From Christensenella sp. UBA941 (GTDB lineage: Bacteria > Bacillota > Clostridia > Christensenellales > UBA941): DNA of 45,899 bases. Of this stretch, positions 17,909-25,003 are shown one piece after another. Position 1 is the stretch's first letter; every line of letters begins with the position of its first letter. The notes below the pieces were generated by a model. The model saw nothing but the letters and a program-made list of their open reading frames with translations. It searched no databases and had not been told where the DNA came from. Where the stretch lies: positions 1 to 45,899 of the forward strand of contig DBDD01000179.1 in the NCBI GenBank assembly GCA_002293365.1, given 5' to 3'. Both the position numbers and the translations under genes were made by a program.

Positions 17909-18802
17909 TTACTGGGAGAACGTTACACGCCCCCCGTTAATAGCCTGTTTTGCCCACTCTTCGCGCTGTTTCTTGGTAGAGTTGGCAACGTCAATCTTTC
18001 CCGGCGTTGTCGCGCCGTTGCCGCTGCCGCCGTTCTCGACAGGGCGCATCCCGCGAGCGCGAATATCGTTGATCGTTTTCTGTTGAACGACCTGGGCCGT
18101 ATGTTGCATCGCGCCGCCAAGAATATCGTCCTTATGAATGACCTCAAATGCCGTCTTCACGTCAACGCCGCTCGTTAAGAGCTTGAGGAAGCGCTCGCCA
18201 GTCTCCGCATTGGAGCATTCGGCTTGAAGCTCGAAATTCGGGTAGAACTGCTTACAGCCCTCCGATTGCTCCTGCCACTGGGCATAAATACGGTCTGCAT
18301 TCTGGCGGCGAAGCGTCTCCTGCTCCGCCTGTTTAAACGCAGCGTTCTCGCGCTCCATTTTGCGAAATTCCTTAAACTGTTCGACAGTGAGCCCGCGCTT
18401 AAAAGCCTCATCCTCAAAGAAGCTGCTATCCTCGTCCAGCGCTTTGAGAATTGCCTCCGCGTCGCCGCCGTCTACACCGTATTTGCTCGCCAGCATATCC
18501 AGCACTGGCGAATATGCTTTCGAGCGTTCAACTTGAGCTTCAAGTGCCTTGAAGTCCTTAAGCCGCGCCTTGATATGCCCCTGCACATCAGCATCGTACA
18601 AATCCCTGTAATCGCCCTTGATTAGCTTGTTAAATTCCGCTTTGCGCGCCGTCTCCGCCTCCGTTGTTACAACGGTATCCGGTTCTTTGGCTGCTTGTGC
18701 GTGGGGGGCGGCCTCGCTGGGCGCTCCAGCGTCGCCGGTGGCTCCTGCGGCTCCGGCGTCAAACAGGCGCATATTAAGGATTACGTACAAGTGCTTCTTC
18801 AT
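17909..18802 (-). CDS. Scaffolding protein
   Basis: The 297-aa protein is alpha-helical and charged, and lies immediately upstream of the capsid gene. It carries the same N-terminal leader, ILNMRLFD. GAGGAGG lies upstream. Confidence 0.7.
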   Translation of the reverse strand: MKKHLYVILNMRLFDAGAAGATGDAGAPSEAAPHAQAAKEPDTVVTTEAETARKAEFNKLIKGDYRDLYDADVQGHIKARLKDFKALEAQVERSKAYSPVLDMLASKYGVDGGDAEAILKALDEDSSFFEDEAFKRGLTVEQFKEFRKMERENAAFKQAEQETLRRQNADRIYAQWQEQSEGCKQFYPNFELQAECSNAETGERFLKLLTSGVDVKTAFEVIHKDDILGGAMQHTAQVVQQKTINDIRARGMRPVENGGSGNGATTPGKIDVANSTKKQREEWAKQAINGGRVTFSQ

Positions 18803-18905
18803 CGATATTCCTCCTCATCGTCTTTCCGATGTGTTCTCGCCGTCATTCCGGCGTGTTTTCAGGGCCTTTCCCCTGCGTCCATATAAGCGTACATCAAAGA
18901 AAATA

Positions 18906-19244
18906 TTATTTCTCCCCGTCGTTTACCACTAGGCGTACATGATCCGGGTATCGATCTTCCAACAAGGCGAATCCGGCGACGATCACGCCCAATATCGTCT
19001 TAACTTTTGCAAGCGACCAATAATCCGCGACCATATCAATAGTTAGTCCGCCTTCTGTCTCTTCGTGCTGCAATTTAAACAGCGACCGCTTTTCTTTGAG
19101 CTCATGCGCGCATTGCAGCAGGGTATATGACAGCGTAGAGCATGACGCGCATACGATATCGGGGCCTCCGTTCCCGTAATTCGCGTGTCCCAATATAGAA
19201 ATAAAGAATTTATTGCCGTTCTCATAAAAAGTTGCAACTGTCAT
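18906..19244 (-). CDS. prp: Prp-like cysteine protease (ribosomal-processing cysteine protease family, DUF464)
   Basis: The 112-aa ORF contains ISILGHANYGNGGPDIVCASCSTLSYTL, which carries the GHA...(I/V)VCA(A/S) His/Cys signature of Prp. It lies between portal and scaffold, as in many Firmicutes phages. Confidence 0.7.
   Translation of the reverse strand: MTVATFYENGNKFFISILGHANYGNGGPDIVCASCSTLSYTLLQCAHELKEKRSLFKLQHEETEGGLTIDMVADYWSLAKVKTILGVIVAGFALLEDRYPDHVRLVVNDGEK
18908..18925 (-). repeat. 18-nt late-junction element, copy 2
   Basis: The sequence is identical to 2078-2095. It overlaps the last codons and stop of the Prp gene (..VNDGEK*), upstream of the scaffold gene. Confidence 0.8.
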
Positions 19245-19249
19245 ATTCG

Positions 19250-21181
19250 TTACCTCGGGCTGGCAGATGCAGCCGCACGCGCACGCGCAGCGCCCGCCGT
19301 ACTTCTTCTCGGGGCGCTAAGGGCGTCGCCCAAGGCATTCGCTTGTACCTCGCCGCCTTGCGCAGAGCGAGGCTCGCCTTGAGGCGCGGCCCCTCCGGTC
19401 ATGCCCTGCAATATGGTCGTTCCGTTCTGCGCGTCAATAATTGCCGCCATCTGCGCCATCTGTTCCTGCATCATCATCATTTGCTGATAGAGCGTGCCGT
19501 TTTCTGATACGCGCTCCCGAACCTTTTCAATCCCCTCGAAATCCATCATTTCGAGAGCACCGAGAGCCTGATCGGCGAGGTCGGGCCTGAAGAAGCCCAT
19601 GCCGTACAATTCTTTCGCGCGCTCGTTTTGCGCGACGGTCGAGAACGGCGAGGCTTTCTGTGATGTTACCTTGATATCAAATACGGGTACGCGATAGCCC
19701 ATGTCGAGGTTGAAATCGTTCCCTTGCGGCTGCTGGGCGATTGCTCCGCCTCCGAACTGCTTAAACTCCATCTCACCCTTTTGCCCGATGACGCGGAACC
19801 AACGGGGCTCCTCATAGAATTGGCGCATCAGCTCTATGCAAAGGGTATTGGTTTCGGCATGCGCCCTATAGCTTGACTTAATCATGTCCCTTGATAGCTT
19901 GCTGCCCGCCTCCTGTAACGCCGCAATGGCGGACGCGGCGGTAACGCCGGAGCTGGTTCCACCTTGAGAGAAGTCGCGATTCCCGGAGGTTTCTTTCAGC
20001 TCGTCTATTTTCAATGAGCGAACGTTTAAATATGCGTCGGATAAGTTAGGAATCTCGACGGGGTAAATGCTCTCGCGGGGATCACCGGAGCCGGAATAAT
20101 GAACAAAGTCTTTCGTCCAGTCGGCGTATTCTTCTTCGTTCACCTTGCCGTCGCCGCGAATAAAGAAGCGAGGCCGAGCGCCCATGACCGCACGCTTTAG
20201 TATGACTTGATCCAGCTTGTCTATGAATATTTCGGGAGACTTAACAACGTCGACATATCCGAATCCCGCCGGGCTGCCCTCCACGGGAAACAGCGTATCG
20301 AATACAAAGGGATACTTCCCATGATCGTAGAAGCCGCGCTCCGTGTACTTCGGGTCGTTTTCGCTGGCATACAGCACTTCTCCGCTGCAAAACTTGCAGT
20401 AATGCAATACTGTGCGCCCGTTTCGGTGAACTTTATAGTACCAATCTACGATTGTCGTTTTCTCGGAAGTGTCGATATTTTCGTCGTAGATATATTTAGG
20501 GATATCGATAGAGGAGGCGAAGAGCTTTCCTTTGAGCGCAGGATACAGCTCTGCCGCAAGGTCGCGGTCGATAATGTCGACATGAAATAAATGGCGCGAT
20601 TTCTGTATATCCGTAATGCCGGGCTCCCAGGCCAGATTAAGGATATCAACCTTGCGAACGTCAATATCGCCAAGCCCGTTGTACTTCGTTGCGTCCCAGA
20701 ATACGCCGTTGACGCCAGTACCAGCCTTGAGCTTGTACCACCACATATCGGAATACGTTTGCTCATAGCCGTTTTGTTCAAGCACGACGGGCAATATCGA
20801 GGATAGCAACTTTGCTTCCTCCTGGTCGCCTTCCTCTCGGGGCAGTACCGCCGGTGACGGATAATTGTCCATCGCGTCGGCGTGCTTATTGGCGATGGTG
20901 TTCAGCAGCCATGCGGAAGTAGGCTCTGGGTCGCCTTTGTTCTTGCTCGCGCCGATAACTTCCCAGTGGCGCAATTTGTAATATCGCTCATTCTCAATAA
21001 TGCGCGCGTCGAGGTTCTGCTTGCCGCCCTGATATATTTTGAGGGTTTTTTCAGCCTGTGCAATCTGATCCCGGCCAATTGGGGCAGAATGTACATTTTG
21101 CTCCTGAGCAAGAGCATCCTGCGGGATACTCCGCCTCAATCCCTGTGCGATACTCTTTATCCTGTCTGTAAAACCAGCCAT
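19250..21181 (-). CDS. Portal protein
   Basis: I moved the start to ATG 21181 (MAGFTDRIK...), which has GGAGG upstream. The roughly 643-aa gene lies directly after terL. The listed longer ORF overlaps the terL end. Confidence 0.75.
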   Translation of the reverse strand: MAGFTDRIKSIAQGLRRSIPQDALAQEQNVHSAPIGRDQIAQAEKTLKIYQGGKQNLDARIIENERYYKLRHWEVIGASKNKGDPEPTSAWLLNTIANKHADAMDNYPSPAVLPREEGDQEEAKLLSSILPVVLEQNGYEQTYSDMWWYKLKAGTGVNGVFWDATKYNGLGDIDVRKVDILNLAWEPGITDIQKSRHLFHVDIIDRDLAAELYPALKGKLFASSIDIPKYIYDENIDTSEKTTIVDWYYKVHRNGRTVLHYCKFCSGEVLYASENDPKYTERGFYDHGKYPFVFDTLFPVEGSPAGFGYVDVVKSPEIFIDKLDQVILKRAVMGARPRFFIRGDGKVNEEEYADWTKDFVHYSGSGDPRESIYPVEIPNLSDAYLNVRSLKIDELKETSGNRDFSQGGTSSGVTAASAIAALQEAGSKLSRDMIKSSYRAHAETNTLCIELMRQFYEEPRWFRVIGQKGEMEFKQFGGGAIAQQPQGNDFNLDMGYRVPVFDIKVTSQKASPFSTVAQNERAKELYGMGFFRPDLADQALGALEMMDFEGIEKVRERVSENGTLYQQMMMMQEQMAQMAAIIDAQNGTTILQGMTGGAAPQGEPRSAQGGEVQANALGDALSAPRRSTAGAARARAAASASPR

Positions 21182-21191
21182 AACGGGCCTC

Positions 21192-22586
21192 CTATAATCT
21201 ATAGATTGCGTTTTTATCGTTGCTGTTATCGTCTTGCCATAGGTCAAGCGGATTGTACTTTCTAGCCGGTTGCAACTCGCTCTCGCGCGGCGTTACCGGC
21301 CTGGACATACAGAAGTATCGAACCTCGTCCGCAACGTGATCCTCCTGCGTTGTGTCTAGGTCTTCCGGGTCCAAGTCATCATGAGTAAGCAACGGGATAG
21401 TGCGAATGAAGGCGCTGCATGTGTTGAATACGTACATCATGGGATAGCCGTTCTCGTCAAACATGAATCTATAATGCATCTGCATCCAGCCGGGAAGGCG
21501 CTTATTATCGCCCTTTTCAAAATATATCCCATATTTCGCGGCAGTATCGGCGATTGATATGCCCCTCGAAGCGTCCCATATTGACGGATCGGCGACGCCC
21601 GTTATATGGTGGCCCTTCAAATACTCATGCTCCTGTTCTATTCGCGCAACTCTATCAAAGATTTGCTCCACCGGCCAACGCACGCCTTCATCCGGCGTAC
21701 CCGTGCAGCCGTAAAGCTCCAATATGCGATAAAACACATTATCGGGATCGACCGCCCACCATCCGACGGAAAACGGCTTATTGTATCCGAAGTCAAAACT
21801 CCTGAACCGCCGCCATGTCTTTTTAGGCGCGAACGGCTCAATAACGTGCGTGAATGTCCGCTCTTTGTACTGAGACGGCTTGTCTGTGAAGTCGCTGAAA
21901 AATTGGCCTTCGAAGATATCCCATTTCCCGTATAACCAAGCGTCGCGTAATTTATGCGGCAGCGCCTCCAATTGCTTGATATATTCCGGCTGCGCCGCCA
22001 TGAGCGCGTGATTATCCTGCACAAACGCTTGTATGAAGGAATAGTCATTGGGGTTTTCGTCTTCTTTGAATGCTTTGTCAATAAAAAGGCGCTTTACCCA
22101 GCCGTGTCCCTTGCCGCCGGGATTGCACGTCAGGTATATGCGCTTTGGATGCTCGTTTACGCCGCGCAGGCAGGCGGCGAACATGCGAAATACGTTTTCA
22201 TCGAACTGCGTAGCCTCGTCAATGCAGATAATATCCGCCTCAGTGCCTTGGTATCGGCCCATATCGCGTTCCGTCTCGCAGTACCGAAACTTAATAACGG
22301 AGCCGTTTGGAAACGTATATTCTTTCCGCGCGTCATTATATTTTGCGATACGATTCCCGAGCATCGCCCGTAGCGGATCGATATGGTTAGCTCTTAGCTC
22401 CGCGTATGTCTTACGGATAATCATAATAATAATTCCAGCGCGGGCAAGGGCTAGAATAACACCCTTCGTTCGTAGCGCCCAGCTCTTTCCGCCGCCGCGC
22501 GCGCCGCCATACGCGACATACTTGTGTGTGTCGGTTAAAAGCATACGCTGTTTTTCGCTCGGGGCCGGTATTTCAAGTGTTCTCAT
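21192..22586 (-). CDS. terL: Terminase large subunit
   Basis: The sequence has a Walker A-like YGGARGGGKSW motif, a CIDEA Walker B-like motif, a C-terminal nuclease-like region, and a 4-nt overlap with the terS end. Confidence 0.85.
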   Translation of the reverse strand: MRTLEIPAPSEKQRMLLTDTHKYVAYGGARGGGKSWALRTKGVILALARAGIIIMIIRKTYAELRANHIDPLRAMLGNRIAKYNDARKEYTFPNGSVIKFRYCETERDMGRYQGTEADIICIDEATQFDENVFRMFAACLRGVNEHPKRIYLTCNPGGKGHGWVKRLFIDKAFKEDENPNDYSFIQAFVQDNHALMAAQPEYIKQLEALPHKLRDAWLYGKWDIFEGQFFSDFTDKPSQYKERTFTHVIEPFAPKKTWRRFRSFDFGYNKPFSVGWWAVDPDNVFYRILELYGCTGTPDEGVRWPVEQIFDRVARIEQEHEYLKGHHITGVADPSIWDASRGISIADTAAKYGIYFEKGDNKRLPGWMQMHYRFMFDENGYPMMYVFNTCSAFIRTIPLLTHDDLDPEDLDTTQEDHVADEVRYFCMSRPVTPRESELQPARKYNPLDLWQDDNSNDKNAIYRL

Positions 22587-23173
22587 ACGTTAAAGCCCTT
22601 CGTATCGCCTTTAAGCATGACGGTTATATCCTTTGCGCCCTCGGAATCCGCGTTCACCTTCTCGCGTTCGAGCGCCAGCCGCTCCGCCGCGATATCCATT
22701 GCCGTTTTCTCTTTGATGCCCGGCAGCTCGTATAAGTCGCGCATCGTGTGAGCCAAGTCTTTAAGTGTGGCGGTAAAGTCCCGTATCGCCTTGGAATCGT
22801 ATTTATCCTCTACGCGACACTCAACGATTGTAACGCCTTTTCCCAAGCCGGTGGTGATAATGTGACGCTTAAACTGCTCGGGATCGTCAAGAGCATCCGT
22901 AAGAACTTCGCCGATTTTGTCAGTTGCCTCCATGAGCTTAAGCAGCTTCTTCGCGTTATCACCGGCGGTTTTTTTCGCAACCTTTTGTACCGTCTTATTG
23001 ACTACGCTGTTGCGATGTTTCTCTCGCCCCTGCGCCCAGCTCTCTTTTCTGGCGTGATCGGCGAGCGTGCGGAAGGGTACGCCCGCTTTCTCGGCCAGTT
23101 TGCGGTAGCTGATATTGGTCGTGATGTATTCCGCCCGTATAGCGTTCCAGTCCGGCACACGTAACACCCCCAT
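22583..23173 (-). CDS. terS: Terminase small subunit (HTH N-terminus)
   Basis: The segment PDWNAIRAEYITTNISYRKLAEKAGVPFRTLADHARKESW is a TerS-type HTH. The listed 234-aa ORF has an implausible Cys-rich extension. Candidate starts are ATG 23173 and GTG 23158; the GTG has the better SD (GGGGGTG). Confidence 0.7.
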   Translation of the reverse strand: MGVLRVPDWNAIRAEYITTNISYRKLAEKAGVPFRTLADHARKESWAQGREKHRNSVVNKTVQKVAKKTAGDNAKKLLKLMEATDKIGEVLTDALDDPEQFKRHIITTGLGKGVTIVECRVEDKYDSKAIRDFTATLKDLAHTMRDLYELPGIKEKTAMDIAAERLALEREKVNADSEGAKDITVMLKGDTKGFNV

Positions 23174-23201
23174 GCAACATGATACAGTGTTGCGGATACA
23201 G

Positions 23202-23213
23202 ATTTCCCCCCGT
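23202..23213 (-). repeat. Partial copy of the late-junction element (ATTTCCCCCCGT)
   Basis: This 12-mer is identical to the one at 23319-23330. Confidence 0.5.
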
Positions 23214-23318
23214 GATACGCACAAAGCCGCGAGGCAATCGCGGCTCCATGCGTCGGAGGGTTCTTTTGAGCGCACCTGGCACATCACGCATTTTTATTAT
23301 CGCATAGGCCCGTTGCGT

Positions 23319-23337
23319 ATTTCCCCCCGTCGTTTTA
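23319..23337 (-). repeat. 18-nt late-junction element, copy 3 (variant ATTTCCCCCCGTCGTTTTA)
   Basis: This copy has one substitution and one extra T relative to copies 1 and 2. It lies in the intergenic region upstream of terS. Confidence 0.7.
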
Positions 23338-23344
23338 CTTTTTT

Positions 23345-23359
23345 ACGTGCCGCCCGGCG
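23345..23359 (-). promoter_or_regulatory. GC-rich box (minus-strand consensus CGCCGGGCGGCACGT), copy in the terS upstream region
   Basis: The plus strand reads acgtgccgcccggcg, the exact 15-mer consensus. Confidence 0.5.
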
Positions 23360-23419
23360 ATGCCGCTATTTATTGCTAGTCTATAGATCTTTTTATGCCG
23401 CTTTGCTCCGCAATATCTT

Positions 23420-23845
23420 TCAACGCGCCTCCCTCGCGGCAAGCGCAGCAGCGGCTTCTTCGCGGGTTCCGAACGCATCTTGTAGCGAGTACCATTCGCC
23501 GCGCACTTGGCCTTTGATAAATATCGTCGGTGGCGATTTGGCGTACACATGGTAGCCGACATTGATCGTTTTTCGGATGCCTCCCTTGACTTTCCAATCA
23601 AGAACGTATATTCGGCCTGCGTGCTTAAAGGGGAGTTTCACCAACAACCCTTGCGCCTCTGCCTCGCGATACGCCGCCAGCTCTGCGACCTTGGCGGGAG
23701 TGAAGCCAGTTTCTTCATAATCAGCGAGTTTTTCTGCGATAAATACCCATTGTTCGCACTCATCACAGGGCTCTTCGTGACTACATTTATCCTGCTTCGC
23801 GCAGTCTATACTACCGTCCGAGTTTCTTCTCGTCAGTCTCTTCAT
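23420..23845 (-). CDS. Hypothetical phage protein (141 aa) immediately upstream of the packaging genes
   Basis: The ORF has AAGGAGGAAG upstream and an N-terminal Cys cluster (CAKQDKCSHEEPCDEC). I did not recognise a family. Confidence 0.5.
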   Translation of the reverse strand: MKRLTRRNSDGSIDCAKQDKCSHEEPCDECEQWVFIAEKLADYEETGFTPAKVAELAAYREAEAQGLLVKLPFKHAGRIYVLDWKVKGGIRKTINVGYHVYAKSPPTIFIKGQVRGEWYSLQDAFGTREEAAAALAAREAR

Positions 23846-23864
23846 ACTTCCTCCTTCTTCTTTT

Positions 23865-23879
23865 CCGTGCCGCCCGTCG
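23865..23879 (-). promoter_or_regulatory. GC-rich start-associated box
   Basis: The plus strand reads ccgtgccgcccgtcg. It lies 19 nt (including the SD) before start 23845. Confidence 0.5.
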
Positions 23880-23909
23880 GATGGAAGCTCATTCGCACGC
23901 CTTCGGGGC

Positions 23910-24329
23910 TCATATTTTTTTTACATATTCGACCGTTGCGGCCAGTTGCTCCGCCATGCAAGCTTTTTCTTCATTCTCGCCGCCCGTCGGTTCCGCCGCC
24001 TTCCGCCATTCGTCATACATGATGATCTCTTTCTCGCTGGCGACGGCGCAGCCGTACTCATACCGCGCACCCATACTATCCTTCCAGTCATTCAGGAAAC
24101 AGGCTATGTCGCACGCTTCAAGCATCGCGCCTGTTATGCGCAGGCATCCTATGTAATCCAGACCGTAGCGGGGTAGAGCCTCCGCAGGATTGAGGACGAG
24201 ATAGCCCGCTTTTTCAAGCTGATGCTTGGCTTCGTAAAATTTCGACCAATACCATTCGTCGCCGGTTATCTTGCCCGAGAGAAATACCGACCGCTGAACG
24301 CCGTTTGTTGCTGCATCAATCATTTTCAT
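23910..24329 (-). CDS. DUF4406-like protein (nucleoside 2-deoxyribosyltransferase-like fold)
   Basis: The segment VFLSGKITGDEWYWSKFYEAKHQLEKAGYLVLNPAE matches the (I/L)SGxxTG...F..A...L...G..V.NP signature of DUF4406. It has an extra C-terminal tail of about 30 aa. Confidence 0.55.
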   Translation of the reverse strand: MKMIDAATNGVQRSVFLSGKITGDEWYWSKFYEAKHQLEKAGYLVLNPAEALPRYGLDYIGCLRITGAMLEACDIACFLNDWKDSMGARYEYGCAVASEKEIIMYDEWRKAAEPTGGENEEKACMAEQLAATVEYVKKI

Positions 24330-24337
24330 TCCTCCCG

Positions 24338-25003
24338 CTAAACAGCCTGTTTTCCTTGAATGCGCACAGGCAGCAAAACAGCGTCACCCGCCTCACACGT
24401 AAAATACAAGGGTTTATTCGGCGATTCGGTCGCAAATGCTTTCGCGTCCGGGAATGCCGTAAGAATATCGATTAGGTAATTTGCTTGCACGGCGGGTAAA
24501 TTACCTCCGAAATCGTAGTTTATGAAACCGCCTATACTCTCGGCTTTTTTGATTCTATAATGCGCTTTCAATTCCGCCATTGTTGGAAGATCGAGAGGAA
24601 CAGTCGCCCCTTCCATGGCTTCATCGAATACCGTCTTCATACCGTCGCTGGGAATACCCTGCGCTGATACCATCTCTATCGGACTGTTTAGCCTTATCGC
24701 CCGGTGTCCGTCACATACGCACTGTTTGCCTTCACAATCGAACGCGCCCCTTAATTTATCCTTTCCGGCGGTTTTGATAATGGCTTTCATAGCCTTGGCG
24801 ACATTCGCCTTGCCGCTTGCTTTATTTGCCTCCATGCGCATATCTTCGCGGAGCGCCGCGCAAAGCTCGATGAGCGGCCCTATATCCATCACACTGCATA
24901 ATCTTTTAGGAAATTCCGTAATCGCGCGGTCGATGTTTACTACGCTTTCGCGGTTACAAAGGTATTCGTAAATTGTTTGGTATATTGTGTTTTTATTAGG
25001 CAT
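24338..25003 (-). CDS. DNA polymerase III beta-clamp-like domain protein (truncated, about 221 aa)
   Basis: I moved the start to ATG 25003, which has AAGGGAGA upstream. KQCVCDGHRAIRL resembles the clamp motif ATDGHRL. The C-terminus NYLIDILTAFPDAKAFATESPNKPLYFTCEAGDAVLLPVRI resembles the clamp C-terminal strand pattern (YL.D.L......P......MP.R). Confidence 0.5.
   Translation of the reverse strand: MPNKNTIYQTIYEYLCNRESVVNIDRAITEFPKRLCSVMDIGPLIELCAALREDMRMEANKASGKANVAKAMKAIIKTAGKDKLRGAFDCEGKQCVCDGHRAIRLNSPIEMVSAQGIPSDGMKTVFDEAMEGATVPLDLPTMAELKAHYRIKKAESIGGFINYDFGGNLPAVQANYLIDILTAFPDAKAFATESPNKPLYFTCEAGDAVLLPVRIQGKQAV

Noticed and set aside
22995-23291. 98-aa ORF, and the 40-aa N-terminal extension of the listed terS ORF
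   Set aside because: Both overlap terS out of frame or add an implausible Cys/Arg-rich leader. There is no SD at these starts, whereas GTG 23158 has one.
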